Assembly (NCBI GenBank): GCA_027031935.1 | Contig: JALVPF010000125.1 | Coordinates: 1 to 47,459 of the forward strand | Length of the DNA: 47,459 bases | Source of the DNA: Myxococcales bacterium | GTDB taxonomy: Bacteria > Myxococcota > B64-G9 | Direction of reading: 5' to 3' | Shown here: positions 18,071 through 26,465 of the stretch, one piece after another | Numbering within the stretch: the stretch's first letter is position 1 | Layout: each line of letters opens with the position of its first letter | Position numbers and translations under genes: made by a program | The notes under the pieces: generated by a model | Database searches by the model: none | The model's input: the letters and a program-made list of their open reading frames with translations, nothing else | What the model was told of the DNA's origin: nothing

Positions 18071-19605
18071 CCTTTTTTTCTCCTGGTTTTTCGTCTGGTT
18101 TTACGCATGGTCTTGGTTCTTCGTAGTCTGTGCTTTTTTCTGCGTTTTCTCTTTTTTCTTATGGTCTTTTTCACCGTTTTCTTTTTTACAATAGGCTTTA
18201 CTTCACCTTTGGCGACTTCTTCGGCAGCTTCCTTGTGGGCGTCGGTGGATGTTTCTTTGTCGGCGTCAGTGGATGCTTCTTTGCCGGCTTCGGTGGAGTG
18301 ATCCTTGACCTGCATGGGAATTTGAGCTTCTGCCTGTGCAGTTATCTCCTGCTGATGGCGGTGTGTGATATTTTGGGTTACCGGTGGCTTGTAGGATCTT
18401 CGTTCGGGCAGACGCATAGGTGCTTGTTTTGTCTCTATGGACAAGAGATAGACGATGAGAATGACCACTGCAGCGATGACGCCGATGAATCCAAGGGATG
18501 ACAGGATGGCCGGTAAACGGGAAAATTTTGGTGGAGGTTCATCGGATGGCATTGGTATCCGGTCGCGGTAGGAATCGATGATGTTCTGTGCTGCATCAAT
18601 TCTCTGCCAGGAGGTGATCTGGCTTTGAGATGAAAATGAAGCGTGTGGCTGGACCGAATTCTGCAAGAGACCGGGAGTCGATGATGCCGAGTCTGATGCA
18701 GGAGCCCGTGCGCTTACTGCAGGAGTTGATGTTGCCGCGACCTTGTCCAGCCGTGGCCTCGGTGGTGTCTTGGGTACCCGCGACAGGATATCTTCGAACT
18801 TGTCCGATGGCGAAGGATCTTTTTTTGAAGGAGCAGGTGATGGTTTTTGAACCGGAGCGGGCGTAGGAGGATGGGCCGGAAGTTTTGGAACCTGATCGTT
18901 CAAATTGATAGGCTGTGTCTGTTCCATGAATTCTTCGTTGTCGCCATCGATATCTTGTTCATCTAATACCGGAATTTCCACCTGACTTCCCGAGGACAGG
19001 GCAGTAAAAGGTTGTTCTTCGTCAAGAAGTTTTGCGCCTTCGTGATGAAGTTCGTGCATGAGCTGCTCAAATGGGTTTGTCATGGAAGGTGCCTGGCCGG
19101 ATTTCAACCTTTTGCTGCTTGGGGCCGTGCCGCTTATGGATGTGAATCTGCCATCCGTGGCAAGGGTGTCTTCTGTGCCCGCATTGAGTTTCTTGAGTAT
19201 CTGCATGGCCTGGGCATTGGTGGAATCCATGTCCAGGACTTTCATGCATGCGTCTGATGCAGCCCTGATCTGAGAGCGTGAGAGAAAAATCTCGGCAGCT
19301 ATTAGATAGGCGTCTATATTCGATGAGTCGAGTGCCAGTGCCTTTTTGACCTCTTCCAGGGCGTCGATGTATCTGAAGAGGTAAAAAAGGACCCTTGCAT
19401 ATGCCAGATGACCATCTGAAAAATGGTTATTTTTCTCTGTGCCGTGAATGCAGAGCTGTTCTGCTTCCTCCAGTCTGCCCCTTCGGATGAGAGCTTCAGC
19501 CAATGGGGCAAAGACCCTGGATTTGGGGTCGTTTTTCAGAATTCTGAAATATTCACGAATTTCAGAGTCTGAAGGGGGCTTGCGATCCTTAAAAGGTGTG
19601 CTCAT
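18067..19605 (-). CDS. TPR-repeat protein with one TM segment and a poly-basic C-terminal tail
   Basis: It has N-terminal TPR-like repeats (AYARVLFYLFRYIDALEEVKKALALDSSNIDAYLIAAEIF), a P/S-rich linker, a TM segment (LPAILSSLGFIGVIAAVVILIVYLL), and the tail KKKTVKKTIRKKRKRRKKHRLRRTKTMRKTRRKTRRKKG. Confidence 0.6.
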   Translation of the reverse strand: MSTPFKDRKPPSDSEIREYFRILKNDPKSRVFAPLAEALIRRGRLEEAEQLCIHGTEKNNHFSDGHLAYARVLFYLFRYIDALEEVKKALALDSSNIDAYLIAAEIFLSRSQIRAASDACMKVLDMDSTNAQAMQILKKLNAGTEDTLATDGRFTSISGTAPSSKRLKSGQAPSMTNPFEQLMHELHHEGAKLLDEEQPFTALSSGSQVEIPVLDEQDIDGDNEEFMEQTQPINLNDQVPKLPAHPPTPAPVQKPSPAPSKKDPSPSDKFEDILSRVPKTPPRPRLDKVAATSTPAVSARAPASDSASSTPGLLQNSVQPHASFSSQSQITSWQRIDAAQNIIDSYRDRIPMPSDEPPPKFSRLPAILSSLGFIGVIAAVVILIVYLLSIETKQAPMRLPERRSYKPPVTQNITHRHQQEITAQAEAQIPMQVKDHSTEAGKEASTDADKETSTDAHKEAAEEVAKGEVKPIVKKKTVKKTIRKKRKRRKKHRLRRTKTMRKTRRKTRRKKG

Positions 19606-19744
19606 ATTGCACGCAGGAGACGGGCTGGGTTTTTAATCCAGCGCATTATTTGAAAAAACAAAAATAATCTTAGCAGACAGCTACAGCTTCTGTCAAAGTT
19701 GGCTTTTGATCAAGAAATAATGGCGATTCGCCGGGAGAATTCAG

Positions 19745-20839
19745 ATGCAGTGGTTTAGCAGGTTGGGCGGTGTTTTGGTGTCCCCAAGGAGGACTTTTAA
19801 TCTCTTGCTCAAGGAAGGGCAGGGAGGGGTTGGAGATGTAGTGTGGTTCATGCTGCTTGCCATGCTTGGTACACAACCTCTTAACTCGGCAAAGGCATTT
19901 TTGGGTGCTGGGCAGGGCTTGCTCGTACCCTTCAGCAGGATTGCGAACATGTTTTTTGGTTTTGCTCTGGGCCCCCTGGTCTCGCTCTTTGCTCTCGGCT
20001 TGGTCCTGGCTGGTGTGGCGCGCATTCGTGGACTGAAAACTTCGGTAGATGGACTGCTGACTTCGGTCACTTATCTGTGGGTTCCTGTAGGCTTGTTGGG
20101 CATGCTTGGCGCGCTTTTGGTGGAGGTGGGTTTTGCGAACACTGTGCTTCCCCACGTACCCACTGGATTTTTTTTCAGGCTGGATCCCCCCTGGTGGAAA
20201 ATCCTTCTTAGGTTTGTCCTCTCCTATGGGCCGAGTGTATACCTGGGATGGATATTGACAAAGGTGGTCTTCACCAGTCCGGGGAAATCAATAAAATCCC
20301 AAGAAGAGCAACGGACCTCCGGCAGAATGCCAGGCTGGATAATCATCGGTGCGCTATTGGTGTCATGGGCTGGGGGCGCCATATATGCAAATGCCAACTA
20401 TGACAGGATTCGTCCCATATTACCGGGAGATATGGCAACTGATTTCAGCCTGCAGAGGGCCGATGGCAAGGGTACTGTGAAGCTCAGTTCGTTTCATGGC
20501 AAACCGGTGGTGATGGAGTTTTGGGCCGACTGGTGCTCGGTTTGCATGGGTCACATGCCCGAGATGGAAAAGTGGGCTGAGGCTCACAAGGACATCCCTG
20601 TTTTGGCCATTCATCAGGGCGGGAGCGTGACATCTGTCAGGAAGCTCCTTGGGAGCCATGGTTGGTCCAATGCCACTTTCCTGGTTGATGGCCACAATTC
20701 GGTCTCGGCAAAATACCGAGTGGATACCCTCCCTACGTTTTTTGTTCTGGACACCAAGGGCCGTATCGTCGATGTGAAGATCGGTGCGGCGGGGGATTCC
20801 TGGCTCAACGACGCGGTAAAAAGGGCTGGCGCAAAATGA
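19745..20839 (+). CDS. Membrane-anchored TlpA/ResA-like thiol-disulfide oxidoreductase fused to a Yip1-like multipass N-domain
   Basis: The C-terminal thioredoxin fold is GKPVVMEFWADWCSVCMGHMPEME (WCxxC) ...RVDTLPTFFVLD. The N-terminal ~200 aa has several TM segments and a Yip1-type start (GVLVSPRRTFNLL). Confidence 0.7.
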   Translation: MQWFSRLGGVLVSPRRTFNLLLKEGQGGVGDVVWFMLLAMLGTQPLNSAKAFLGAGQGLLVPFSRIANMFFGFALGPLVSLFALGLVLAGVARIRGLKTSVDGLLTSVTYLWVPVGLLGMLGALLVEVGFANTVLPHVPTGFFFRLDPPWWKILLRFVLSYGPSVYLGWILTKVVFTSPGKSIKSQEEQRTSGRMPGWIIIGALLVSWAGGAIYANANYDRIRPILPGDMATDFSLQRADGKGTVKLSSFHGKPVVMEFWADWCSVCMGHMPEMEKWAEAHKDIPVLAIHQGGSVTSVRKLLGSHGWSNATFLVDGHNSVSAKYRVDTLPTFFVLDTKGRIVDVKIGAAGDSWLNDAVKRAGAK

Positions 20840-21033
20840 CGGTTAGTTCCCATCCCAAAAGTAGAAGTCACAGAAACATAAGTAAAAATCGGCAATAAAA
20901 AGAAAGAGAAAAGGCTGTTTCACATTGGATGTGACGCCAATATGATCTATACTCCATTGAGATCACAGGGTAAAACTACCCCACTGGGAAATAGAATACT
21001 ATACTGCATACTACCTGAATAAGCCTGGTCACG

Positions 21034-22179
21034 CTAATCTGTCGAATCTACGCGAATCGTCAGGTCAGTAGCTTCGTCACACGGGACTTGGGCTACGGTC
21101 AAGTTGGCGCCGATCACGAACGTTGCGAGCTGTGGATCAAGGTTCGCAGTGAGCTCTGCCTCACCATCGCCTTTCGCCTGGTAGGTCATGAGTGCGCCAA
21201 CACTGCCTAGCTGAACGATGATTACACCTACCGGTCCACTACCCACGACGCTCGCTCGCACTTGAGCCGAGGGCTGGTCCACACGGGCCGCGGCATAACC
21301 GAGACACTCTACGCTCAGGACCTTGACTTCGTCATCGACATCCAGACGCCGGTCGACTAGGTCGAATCCGGCTAGCTCTTGGAAACGAATCGCTGCGGCA
21401 GCCATGGGGAGGAGGTGATCTGCGAACCCTGCGCCCGTGACCGTGAGCAGCGCATGCTCCAGCCCCGTAAAGCCGCCTTCGTAGCCTGCTGCCAGCGTCT
21501 CGTAGATCGCAAGCAGCGCGCCGGTATCGAACGAGTCGACATAGTGCCAGAGAATCCACCGGCTATATCCAGGGTGATCAGGGTCGAAGTTGCCCGAATC
21601 CCGTAGCAGACCGTCCTCTGGCTTGCTCAGGTAATCCGGAACCACTTTGAGGTACCCGACAGACGCCTCGTCGGTAGGCACGTCGTTGATGGATGGCAAC
21701 CATGTCGCGATTCCCATCCACTGTGCAGCACTCTCACTCAACCATCGTTCGAGGAGCACCGGGCTATCGCCGAATACGGCTTCCTGGAACACGTGGTGGA
21801 TCTCGTGAGCTGCCACCAACTTGTCACGGGCAATAGAATCGGAGTACTGAATTTCGAACTTTGCCAGACTACCCAGTCCACCACCGACCGCAACATCGAG
21901 CCGATCGTCGGTGCCGCGATTGTCAGGTGGCAGATCCGGGAATCTGCGGCCCAAATTGTAGTCGTAGGCCTCTTCCAGTACATCCAGCATGTCGACAGAC
22001 CAGTCGGCGGGAACATATTGATCCACCCGCGTTGTCAGCACAAAGTGTTCCGATTCGTAGACCTGGTCATCGATGTCGCAGCTGGTCGCGAGAGACGTCG
22101 AAACGCTGAGCAATAGGTACAGCAGGCTCAGCCGCCAGACGGTGATATACCGGCGAATGGACAAGGTGTGCTTGGGCAT
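21034..22179 (-). CDS. Putative secreted or lipoprotein zinc metalloprotease (HEXXH)
   Basis: The N-terminus LLLSVSTSLATSC is signal/lipobox-like. LVAAHEIHHVFQEAVFG contains HEXXH. It looks GC-richer than its neighbours: sampled 60-nt lines gave 58-68% against 42-57% in core genes. Confidence 0.55.
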   Translation of the reverse strand: MPKHTLSIRRYITVWRLSLLYLLLSVSTSLATSCDIDDQVYESEHFVLTTRVDQYVPADWSVDMLDVLEEAYDYNLGRRFPDLPPDNRGTDDRLDVAVGGGLGSLAKFEIQYSDSIARDKLVAAHEIHHVFQEAVFGDSPVLLERWLSESAAQWMGIATWLPSINDVPTDEASVGYLKVVPDYLSKPEDGLLRDSGNFDPDHPGYSRWILWHYVDSFDTGALLAIYETLAAGYEGGFTGLEHALLTVTGAGFADHLLPMAAAAIRFQELAGFDLVDRRLDVDDEVKVLSVECLGYAAARVDQPSAQVRASVVGSGPVGVIIVQLGSVGALMTYQAKGDGEAELTANLDPQLATFVIGANLTVAQVPCDEATDLTIRVDSTD

Positions 22180-22221
22180 GTGCTTACCTTCCCTGGGATG
22201 GGAACTGGCTAGTCCTGTTTG

Positions 22222-23325
22222 TCAAGCTGATGGACGACAGTAGCCATCGATACAGTCTTCTCCCTCGGCACAGTCGCACCAATGTACGCAGGGATTGAGA
22301 CATTGTCCGTCTACGCATTCGTATCCAAGCTCGCAGTCCTGGTCTTCACAGCAATCGTCCAGTTGGCAAGCAGGGGCACATGCGCCATCGATACAGACAT
22401 CGCCTTCGGTGCAGTCATCGTCCGCACAACATTCGGATGAGCAGCCCTCCACACATTCATGGTTTTCGCATACCTGACCATCAGCACAGTCCTCGTCGCT
22501 TACACAGACCTGCAGACATTCGCCATCCAGGCAGATGCTGCCTTCCTGACAGTCCGAGTTGCTCTCACAGCCTGATGATGATGTGTCACAACCGCAGGGT
22601 GTGGTTCTAAACAGCCTGAACCTGGCAGTGTAAGTGCCATCGTCCGAATCTATCCTTACCGTACCTTCGATCTCGCTGGCACTTAGAAGCTGTGCATCAA
22701 AAGTGGCATCAAAAGTCCTTTCGCTCGTGAACATGACCAACTGGCCCCATAAAGTAGCTCCATCCCTGGTTCCGGTTACTGTTCCTTGAGAATAGTCGTA
22801 AAATATGAGTCCCTCGGAATTGATGAGCTGTACTGCTATGTTGATGTTTCCATATATGTGATCATCATAGAAATCCAGCAACACATCCACTTTTCCGTCC
22901 AGGTCATCACCATGAAATTCTCCTATGAAAATGGGGTCTATACCCTGCCAATCCGGTGTATAGCCGTCCGGGTCGCCGAGACATTCATCCGTCAGCGGGC
23001 AGTTTTCGACGATCTGCAGACAACGTTCATCTGTCGTGCATATCATACCCTCTGGACATGGATGTTGCATGTCGCACCACGTGTAGTTCCCATCATCGTT
23101 ATCGTTCCAGTCCGAATCGTCATCCCAGTCATTGTCCCAGTCCGTATTTTCATCCCAGTCGTTGCCCCAGTCTGAGCAATCATCCCAGTCGTTCGAGCAG
23201 CTTCCGCAGGAATCGTCACAATCCCCTAAACAGTTGTCTCCTATGCACCAGTTCCCATCACAACCCAAGAGGCTCAGCGTGAGCAAGGCTGCAGCGCCTG
23301 TGAGAAAAATGACTCGTAGTTTCAT
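22222..23325 (-). CDS. Acidic Cys-rich lipoprotein: DW tandem repeat, central beta-rich domain, C-terminal DxDC..G..C.DG.C repeats
   Basis: It has the lipobox LSLLGC. By my count it has about 40 Cys in 367 aa. It contains six DW units (NDWDDCSDWGNDWDENTDWDNDWDDDSDWND) and repeats such as CESNSDCQEGSICLDGECLQVC. AAGGAG lies upstream of the ATG. Confidence 0.7.
   Translation of the reverse strand: MKLRVIFLTGAAALLTLSLLGCDGNWCIGDNCLGDCDDSCGSCSNDWDDCSDWGNDWDENTDWDNDWDDDSDWNDNDDGNYTWCDMQHPCPEGMICTTDERCLQIVENCPLTDECLGDPDGYTPDWQGIDPIFIGEFHGDDLDGKVDVLLDFYDDHIYGNINIAVQLINSEGLIFYDYSQGTVTGTRDGATLWGQLVMFTSERTFDATFDAQLLSASEIEGTVRIDSDDGTYTARFRLFRTTPCGCDTSSSGCESNSDCQEGSICLDGECLQVCVSDEDCADGQVCENHECVEGCSSECCADDDCTEGDVCIDGACAPACQLDDCCEDQDCELGYECVDGQCLNPCVHWCDCAEGEDCIDGYCRPSA
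23077..23196 (-). repeat. Imperfect 12-15-nt tandem repeat encoding the (N/S/T)DW(D/G/N)x array
   Basis: On the plus strand the core CCAGTC (reverse complement GACTGG = Asp-Trp) recurs six times at 12-15-nt spacing. Confidence 0.7.
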
Positions 23326-23370
23326 TGTTCATCTCCTTTTCATAATGTGGTAGCAGTTTTTCGTCTCTTG

Positions 23371-24081
23371 TCAGGGCATTTGGCACAGGCCGTCTATGCA
23401 TACTTGGCCTGCTGCATAGTCGCAGTCGCAGTCCGTCTCGCAGTCAGGGGGCGGCTCCTCGTCAGGGACGACACAGTAACCATCCTCACACACTTCCCCA
23501 GCATCACAGTCACATCTGGCTGTACAAGTTGTTAGACATTCTCCGTCAACGCAACGATCCCCTGCTTCGCAGTCCTCGTCTGCACAACAGTCATCGCCGC
23601 ACTGGTCCACGCATTCGTGGCCTTGGCATTGCTGCCCATCAGGGCAATCGGAATCTTCATTGCATATGGGCTGGCACTGCCCGTCCATGCACATCTGTCC
23701 GGCCGGGCAGTCGGAGTGGGATTGGCATGCGTCATCATTCGTATCCACACAGTGTCCACGCACACACCACTCATCTGCCTTGCAATCGTCGTCTGTGGCG
23801 CAACTGTCATTCGGCCACAGGGCACAATTGCCATCAACGCAATGTTCACCGGTGGAACAGTCGCTGTCTGTGGCACATTGAACTGTTTCGTCGCAATTCC
23901 CATCACAATTACAGTCACATTCGCCACAATCACAGGTGTTGCAGTCATTTGTACAATCACAATCATCCCATGGGAAACTGCAGTCGAATTCGTCTTCTCC
24001 ACATCTGTTGAACTCACAACTGGATGCACTGATAGATGCAAGCAACAAGACCAGCATAGAAACCCCTGCGCTTTTGAACAT
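23371..24081 (-). CDS. Secreted acidic Cys-rich repeat protein, paralogous to the C-terminus of the 22222-23325 product
   Basis: It has a signal peptide (MLVLLLASISASSC). By my count it has about 44 Cys in 236 aa. Repeats include CATDSDCSTGEHCVDGNC, CATDDDCKADEWCVRGHC, CQSHSDCPAGQMCMDGQC and CCADEDCEAGDRCVDGEC. The C-terminus CDCDAGEVCEDGYC parallels CDCAEGEDCIDGYC in the neighbour. AGGAGG lies upstream. Confidence 0.7.
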   Translation of the reverse strand: MFKSAGVSMLVLLLASISASSCEFNRCGEDEFDCSFPWDDCDCTNDCNTCDCGECDCNCDGNCDETVQCATDSDCSTGEHCVDGNCALWPNDSCATDDDCKADEWCVRGHCVDTNDDACQSHSDCPAGQMCMDGQCQPICNEDSDCPDGQQCQGHECVDQCGDDCCADEDCEAGDRCVDGECLTTCTARCDCDAGEVCEDGYCVVPDEEPPPDCETDCDCDYAAGQVCIDGLCQMP

Positions 24082-24225
24082 GGCAAATCCTCCTTGGACA
24101 CACAGACGGTGGTCTGGCGACTCGATTGATTGTCTCGGTACATGTGTCGTTGGAAAAACGCCCTGCGTTCAGAAAAAAATGCCGATTCTGAATTTTTTTC
24201 CAGACGTCCCTGATATGTTCATGGA

Positions 24226-24870
24226 TCAGATGTTCAGAACTGTCGCCAGCTCTTGAGTGGTTTTACAGATATGGTCGGCGCTTATGCTCTTGAGCGACAG
24301 GCCACTATCAAGCCCCCATGTGACTCCACAGGTTGCGAGACCAGCACAGATGCCGGCTCGTATGTCATTGGAATGATCCCCCACCATGAGACCATTTCGG
24401 GCATCTGTGCCCAATCTTCGCAGTGCAAGAAGAAGGGGAGCAGGGCTTGGTTTCAGCTCTGTCTCGTCACCGCCTACGATGGCATCAAAGTACTTGAGCA
24501 GATCCAGTCCCTGAAGGATCTGCTTTGCATAGACAGTAGGTTTGTTGGTAACTACCGCCAGATGCCTGTCGGATATCCTGGAGAGGATCTCAGGAATACC
24601 TTCGTAGGCCCTTGTGGCCTCCAGGCAGCGGGAGAAATAGGAATTTTTAAACGACTTAATTGCCTGGTCGATTTTTTCCTGCCTATATCCCTTCAAGGTG
24701 CGCTGCATCAGCTTGCGTACACCGTCACCTACGTACCCGATTATATCCGACGGACTCAGTTCCTGTAGACCCATGGTTCTAAGTGTTGTGTTTACCGCAG
24801 TTGCAATATCGGCACCCGAGTCCACCAAGGTGCCGTCTAGGTCGAACAGAATTGGATTGAAGGCTCCCAT
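24226..24870 (-). CDS. HAD-superfamily hydrolase, phosphoglycolate phosphatase-like
   Basis: It has FDLDGTLVDS (motif I), VVTNK (motif II) and MVGDHSNDIRAG (motif III/IV). Confidence 0.8.
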   Translation of the reverse strand: MGAFNPILFDLDGTLVDSGADIATAVNTTLRTMGLQELSPSDIIGYVGDGVRKLMQRTLKGYRQEKIDQAIKSFKNSYFSRCLEATRAYEGIPEILSRISDRHLAVVTNKPTVYAKQILQGLDLLKYFDAIVGGDETELKPSPAPLLLALRRLGTDARNGLMVGDHSNDIRAGICAGLATCGVTWGLDSGLSLKSISADHICKTTQELATVLNI

Positions 24871-24985
24871 GGACTGGATGATAGCATCAATTATTTTCTT
24901 TATACTAGATCAGAATCTTGACACTGTTACCTTAGCGAGAGACATTGAAACAGAACAGGGGGGCTTGTAATAATCAGGTGCTCGT

Positions 24986-26179
24986 ATGGCAGCGTTGGTT
25001 TGGATCACGGTGGGCATCAGCGGCGTTTGGGTGTTGGTGTTTCTGAAAAACTACTTTGAGATCCGAAATACACCCAGGCTTTTTCCGAAACCGGTTCGTA
25101 ACATGAAGGGCATGCCAAGTGTGTCCATACTGGTTCCCGCTCGTAATGAACATTCCAACATCCGCAGATGCATAAGATCATTGATGGATCTGGTTTACCC
25201 CGGACTGGAAATCATCGTGGTGGATGACAGGTCCACGGATGACACGGCAATAATAGTGTCACGCCTTGCCTCACTGGATGAAAGGGTTCGACTGGTTAGC
25301 CTGAATTCCGACCCTCCTTCCGGCTGGACAGGAAAATGCAATGCTCTGCACCAGGGGGTCAAGAAGGCAAAACCAAGGGGTGAATGGTTACTTTTTACAG
25401 ACGCGGACACGGTTCACCACCCCCACTCTCTGGCCGTGTGCATGCGTGAAGCATTGGACCACCAGGCGGACATGTTTTCGCTGGTGCCCCACCTGGAAGC
25501 ATTCAATTTCTGGGAGCGCCTGGTGCAGCCAGCGGTAGCAGCTATAATTGGATTGTACAATAGACCGTCACGCATCAACGATCCAAAGCGCAAGGATGCT
25601 TTCGCCAATGGCCAGTATATTCTCATATCCCGAAATGCATATGATTCAGTAGGTGGCCATGAATCGGTGGCCGGCAAGGTTCTTGAGGACGTGGAGTTGG
25701 CAAATGTGGTCAAGACCGTCGGACACTGGATTCGCTTCGCCATAGGCATAGACATTTTCAAGACCAGGATGTATCCGGATTTTCGTTCCCTTGTACAGGG
25801 TTGGACAAAGAACTTGTACTTGATACTGAAATCCCGCTTGGATAGGATCATTTCCGCAACGCTGGTCACCTTGGTTCTCAGCGTCTGGCCGGCCATCATG
25901 GGTGTGGGGTCTATCGTGGCTCTTGGATTGGGGTATTACGATCTGGTTCCACAAGAAGGTTTGTTACTCATGGCTTTTGCCTGGGTTTTGGTAATGTTTT
26001 TACAGGTGGTGTTGAGGTGGATGAACCGCTGGTATCCAGCCATGGCTCCGCTGGCACCCATCGCAGCACTTGTCGTACTTTTCATCCTGTGGCGGTCGGC
26101 CTGGCTGCATCGCCATGGCAGTGCCGTGAGATGGAAGGGTAGAATGATCGTTGATGACGAGAAGCACGGAGATGGGTGA
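24986..26179 (+). CDS. Membrane-bound family 2 glycosyltransferase
   Basis: It has VSILVPARNEHSNIRRCIRSL...IIVVDDRSTDDT...LLFTDADT plus N- and C-terminal TM segments. Confidence 0.75.
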   Translation: MAALVWITVGISGVWVLVFLKNYFEIRNTPRLFPKPVRNMKGMPSVSILVPARNEHSNIRRCIRSLMDLVYPGLEIIVVDDRSTDDTAIIVSRLASLDERVRLVSLNSDPPSGWTGKCNALHQGVKKAKPRGEWLLFTDADTVHHPHSLAVCMREALDHQADMFSLVPHLEAFNFWERLVQPAVAAIIGLYNRPSRINDPKRKDAFANGQYILISRNAYDSVGGHESVAGKVLEDVELANVVKTVGHWIRFAIGIDIFKTRMYPDFRSLVQGWTKNLYLILKSRLDRIISATLVTLVLSVWPAIMGVGSIVALGLGYYDLVPQEGLLLMAFAWVLVMFLQVVLRWMNRWYPAMAPLAPIAALVVLFILWRSAWLHRHGSAVRWKGRMIVDDEKHGDG

Positions 26180-26439
26180 ACATGGATCATGCAAGCCTTG
26201 CCAAGCAGCCCCTGGCTTCCATTGTACGGCATAGACTACGTGTGCTGTTCGATGAGCTGGGAGCACATCGGACTTCGGATCTGTACAGGCGAATCATGGG
26301 CGAGGTAGAGCGAGTGCTAATTATGGAAGCACTAGCCCGTTCCGGTGGATCTAAGAAAGAAGCAGCACACATCCTCGGCATTCATAGAAACACCCTCAGG
26401 TCCAGGATGAAAAAGCTGGCCATCAGCCCGAAAACTTGA
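26176..26439 (+). CDS. Fis-family small DNA-binding protein
   Basis: 87 aa. The C-terminal HTH is GGSKKEAAHILGIHRNTLRSRMKKLAI. Start is either GTG 26176, overlapping the GT2 stop, or ATG 26182. Confidence 0.7.
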   Translation: MNMDHASLAKQPLASIVRHRLRVLFDELGAHRTSDLYRRIMGEVERVLIMEALARSGGSKKEAAHILGIHRNTLRSRMKKLAISPKT

Positions 26440-26465
26440 TCACATGAAAAAATTGAAGGGCTGGT

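Noticed and set aside
20859-21033. AT-rich spacer with small hairpins (TCACAT-TGG-ATGTGA, TGATC...GATCA) and TATACT-like boxes
   Set aside because: There is no ORF, no convincing terminator, and no gene positioned for these boxes to drive. I read it as junction or spacer DNA next to the GC-rich gene.
22295-24143. A stack of long overlapping ORFs in several frames on both strands (for example 23532-24143, 23617-24129, 23529-24011, 22786-23175)
   Set aside because: They are a by-product of the TGY/GAY-dominated periodic coding sequence of the Cys/Asp-rich genes, which suppresses stop codons in other frames. Only the minus-strand frames with SD, signal peptide and repeat motif are credible.
24168-24199. 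Hairpin TTCAGAA-11 nt-TTCTGAA followed by T7 on the plus strand
   Set aside because: The stem is 7 bp and A/T-rich, so weak. No plus-strand gene ends upstream of it. On the minus strand, where gph ends, no T-run follows it. It may be a weak bidirectional terminator but cannot be supported.
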